From the NCBI RefSeq assembly GCF_000485595.1, contig NW_014577068.1:554023-618022 (forward strand): a stretch of 64,000 bases of DNA. The letters are read 5' to 3'. This DNA comes from Priapulus caudatus (Eukaryota). The translations under genes and the position numbers were made by a program. Positions 61,536 to 64,000 of the stretch are shown in pieces. A model generated the notes under the pieces. That model was not told where the DNA came from, searched no databases, and saw only the letters and a list, made by a program, of their open reading frames with translations. The stretch's first letter is position 1. The number at the start of each line of letters is the position of its first letter.

Positions 61536-61635
61536 GGCAGAGAGAGAGAGAGGGGGAGAGGGGGAGAGAGAGAGAGGGGGAGAGACAGCTAGGGAGAGAG
61601 AGAGGGGGAGAGAGCGCGGGGGAGAGAGAGCGCGG

Positions 61636-61669
<34 letters not shown>

Positions 61670-61680
61670 GAGAGCGAGAG
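61536..61680. repeat. (GA)n microsatellite running into a gap
   Basis: Direct inspection. Confidence 0.92.
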
Positions 61681-63464
61681 NNNNNNNNNNNNNNNNNNNN
61701 NNNNNNNNNNNNNNNNNNNNNNNNNNNNNNNNNNNNNNNNNNNNNNNNNNNNNNNNNNNNNNNNNNNNNNNNNNNNNNNNNNNNNNNNNNNNNNNNNNNN
61801 NNNNNNNNNNNNNNNNNNNNNNNNNNNNNNNNNNNNNNNNNNNNNNNNNNNNNNNNNNNNNNNNNNNNNNNNNNNNNNNNNNNNNNNNNNNNNNNNNNNN
61901 NNNNNNNNNNNNNNNNNNNNNNNNNNNNNNNNNNNNNNNNNNNNNNNNNNNNNNNNNNNNNNNNNNNNNNNNNNNNNNNNNNNNNNNNNNNNNNNNNNNN
62001 NNNNNNNNNNNNNNNNNNNNNNNNNNNNNNNNNNNNNNNNNNNNNNNNNNNNNNNNNNNNNNNNNNNNNNNNNNNNNNNNNNNNNNNNNNNNNNNNNNNN
62101 NNNNNNNNNNNNNNNNNNNNNNNNNNNNNNNNNNNNNNNNNNNNNNNNNNNNNNNNNNNNNNNNNNNNNNNNNNNNNNNNNNNNNNNNNNNNNNNNNNNN
62201 NNNNNNNNNNNNNNNNNNNNNNNNNNNNNNNNNNNNNNNNNNNNNNNNNNNNNNNNNNNNNNNNNNNNNNNNNNNNNNNNNNNNNNNNNNNNNNNNNNNN
62301 NNNNNNNNNNNNNNNNNNNNNNNNNNNNNNNNNNNNNNNNNNNNNNNNNNNNNNNNNNNNNNNNNNNNNNNNNNNNNNNNNNNNNNNNNNNNNNNNNNNN
62401 NNNNNNNNNNNNNNNNNNNNNNNNNNNNNNNNNNNNNNNNNNNNNNNNNNNNNNNNNNNNNNNNNNNNNNNNNNNNNNNNNNNNNNNNNNNNNNNNNNNN
62501 NNNNNNNNNNNNNNNNNNNNNNNNNNNNNNNNNNNNNNNNNAATGGTAAATTTTAGCCTAACATGTTCTTAAAATCTATGTTCTTATACGCGGGTTTTTA
62601 CTGTATGTTACGTGCACAGTGATTGGTCATGACCTGCTCGTACGGCGGGGGTGTCCGGTGCTACAAAACCATTGTTTTTTAATTCGAGATGGGATTAATT
62701 GGTTAAATTGCTCATTTCGCTTGGGGAAAGTTTATGGAGCGTGGGTTAGACGGGCCCACTGGTCAGTAATAATTCAGTAATCAAACTGTCTGGGGCATTG
62801 GGGGGCATTACCCTTCGCCGTAGGGAGCTGATCCGACGGTATCTATATCACGTATCGTGTAGGTACCTAAAATATCATCTAAAAACACTGCGATTAATTA
62901 ATATGCTACTAGATTACATTGTACGGTTCAGTTTTTCGGGGGTAGTCTAAGGACGGGATATAAGTCTTCCCGCTCCCCAGGCTCTACGGTTTAGTAGGTG
63001 CGCTAGTGGCACCCGTTTCTTAGTGGGGGTAGTAACAGGTTGCGTTGACAGAGTCCACGATAGATAACACAGATAAGATAACACGAACACGGTATTTGCA
63101 AGCTACTCTTCAATTCGGTATTTGTAATATTCTCTTTACCACGGCTCCTTGTTCCTGCGCGTTTGGGGTCAACAAGTTGTCTAATGGCCCCAGTATCTCA
63201 CACGCGCGACTTATATTGGTGTTATATTGGTGGCCTACGCCGTGCGGCCAAGCTGAAGCAGACTCACGGGAAATTATCAATGTGCGCGCTAAGTGTGGAG
63301 AAGCCGGCGCTTTCTTACACTTGCCGCTTTCCTACACTTGCCGCTTTCCTACACTAGTTGTTTTGAAGGTGGAGTAGGAAAAGGACCCCTGCGAAATTGA
63401 GGTTACGCGTAACAAAAAAATCATGTAATGGCGTACCACTACTGGTGTAGTCCCTTCGTTATCG

Positions 63465-63501
63465 CAGGGAGTCTATAATAAGCTCTATTATAGACTCCCT
63501 G
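63465..63501. mobile_element. 37-bp TIR-only remnant with 7-bp TSD GTTATCG
   Basis: CAGGGAGTCTATAATA-AGCTC-TATTATAGACTCCCTG. Confidence 0.78.
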
Positions 63502-64000
63502 GTTATCGCTACAGATGCTCCCAGTAGCGGGAGCGAAGGGGCTCCACCGGTAGAGCTACTGCTGCGGCTACCGTTGCGGTTGGTAATAATAGGGGTAGCT
63601 AGTAAAGGTGTAGCCCGATGCAACCCCGCATAGTCAGAGCTTCTGCTCGGTTACTATTGCAGACACAGAGGCCCACTATACGCAGGTTGAGCCCATCGTA
63701 GATCTGAGGCTAAACATTTGTAGGTTCGTGCAGTCCGTCCGTGGCCGTTCCTTAGCGCTTGCAGCGGCAATATTATATGCTTAGCGTGATAATGACAGGA
63801 GTATATATACGGTTAATGACTCAAGAAGTTTTTTATTATAAACCAGGAACCAATTTCGACGGTTTCCTCAGGTGCTGCCTGATAATTAAAAACCAGTTAG
63901 GTAACAGATTACGTGATTCATAGTCGAGGGGAAATATCTCAGGTTGGCAACGCTATATACACACATGAGTCATGCGCAACCCAGGTCGTGGTCTGTTGTT

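Overview
Animal (probably invertebrate) genomic DNA from a gapped draft assembly with four N-runs; it is not prokaryotic. The main feature is the 3' part of a + strand CELF1/2 (Bruno/CUGBP/ETR-3) RNA-binding protein gene. I assembled 13 GT-AG coding exons by hand from 7380 to the TAA at 42828-42830 (1449 nt, 482 aa). They encode the end of RRM1, RRM2, a long G/S/Q/N/A-rich linker and RRM3; the earlier RRM1 exons were not found and probably lie upstream of the window. A GU-rich 3' region of about 6.3 kb follows, with AATAAA at 48891 and 49188. Introns and downstream DNA carry many non-autonomous DNA transposons (hAT with 8-bp and 6-bp TSDs, Kolobok, Harbinger, pogo/Tigger, Helentron-associated elements), minisatellites and microsatellites. 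I recognised no transposase ORF, RNA gene or CRISPR array. The most notable unexplained signals are: (1) seven tiny CA...TG palindromes, each flanked by a perfect 7-bp target duplication, resembling P/Galileo excision footprints; (2) a candidate two-donor 3'UTR intron that could act as an NMD switch; (3) an in-frame alternative donor just before RRM3; (4) inverted MITE pairs bracketing exon blocks; (5) a cluster of six CACGTG E-boxes upstream of an ATG-starting exon. All superfamily and homology calls come from recognising sequence patterns, not from database searches.
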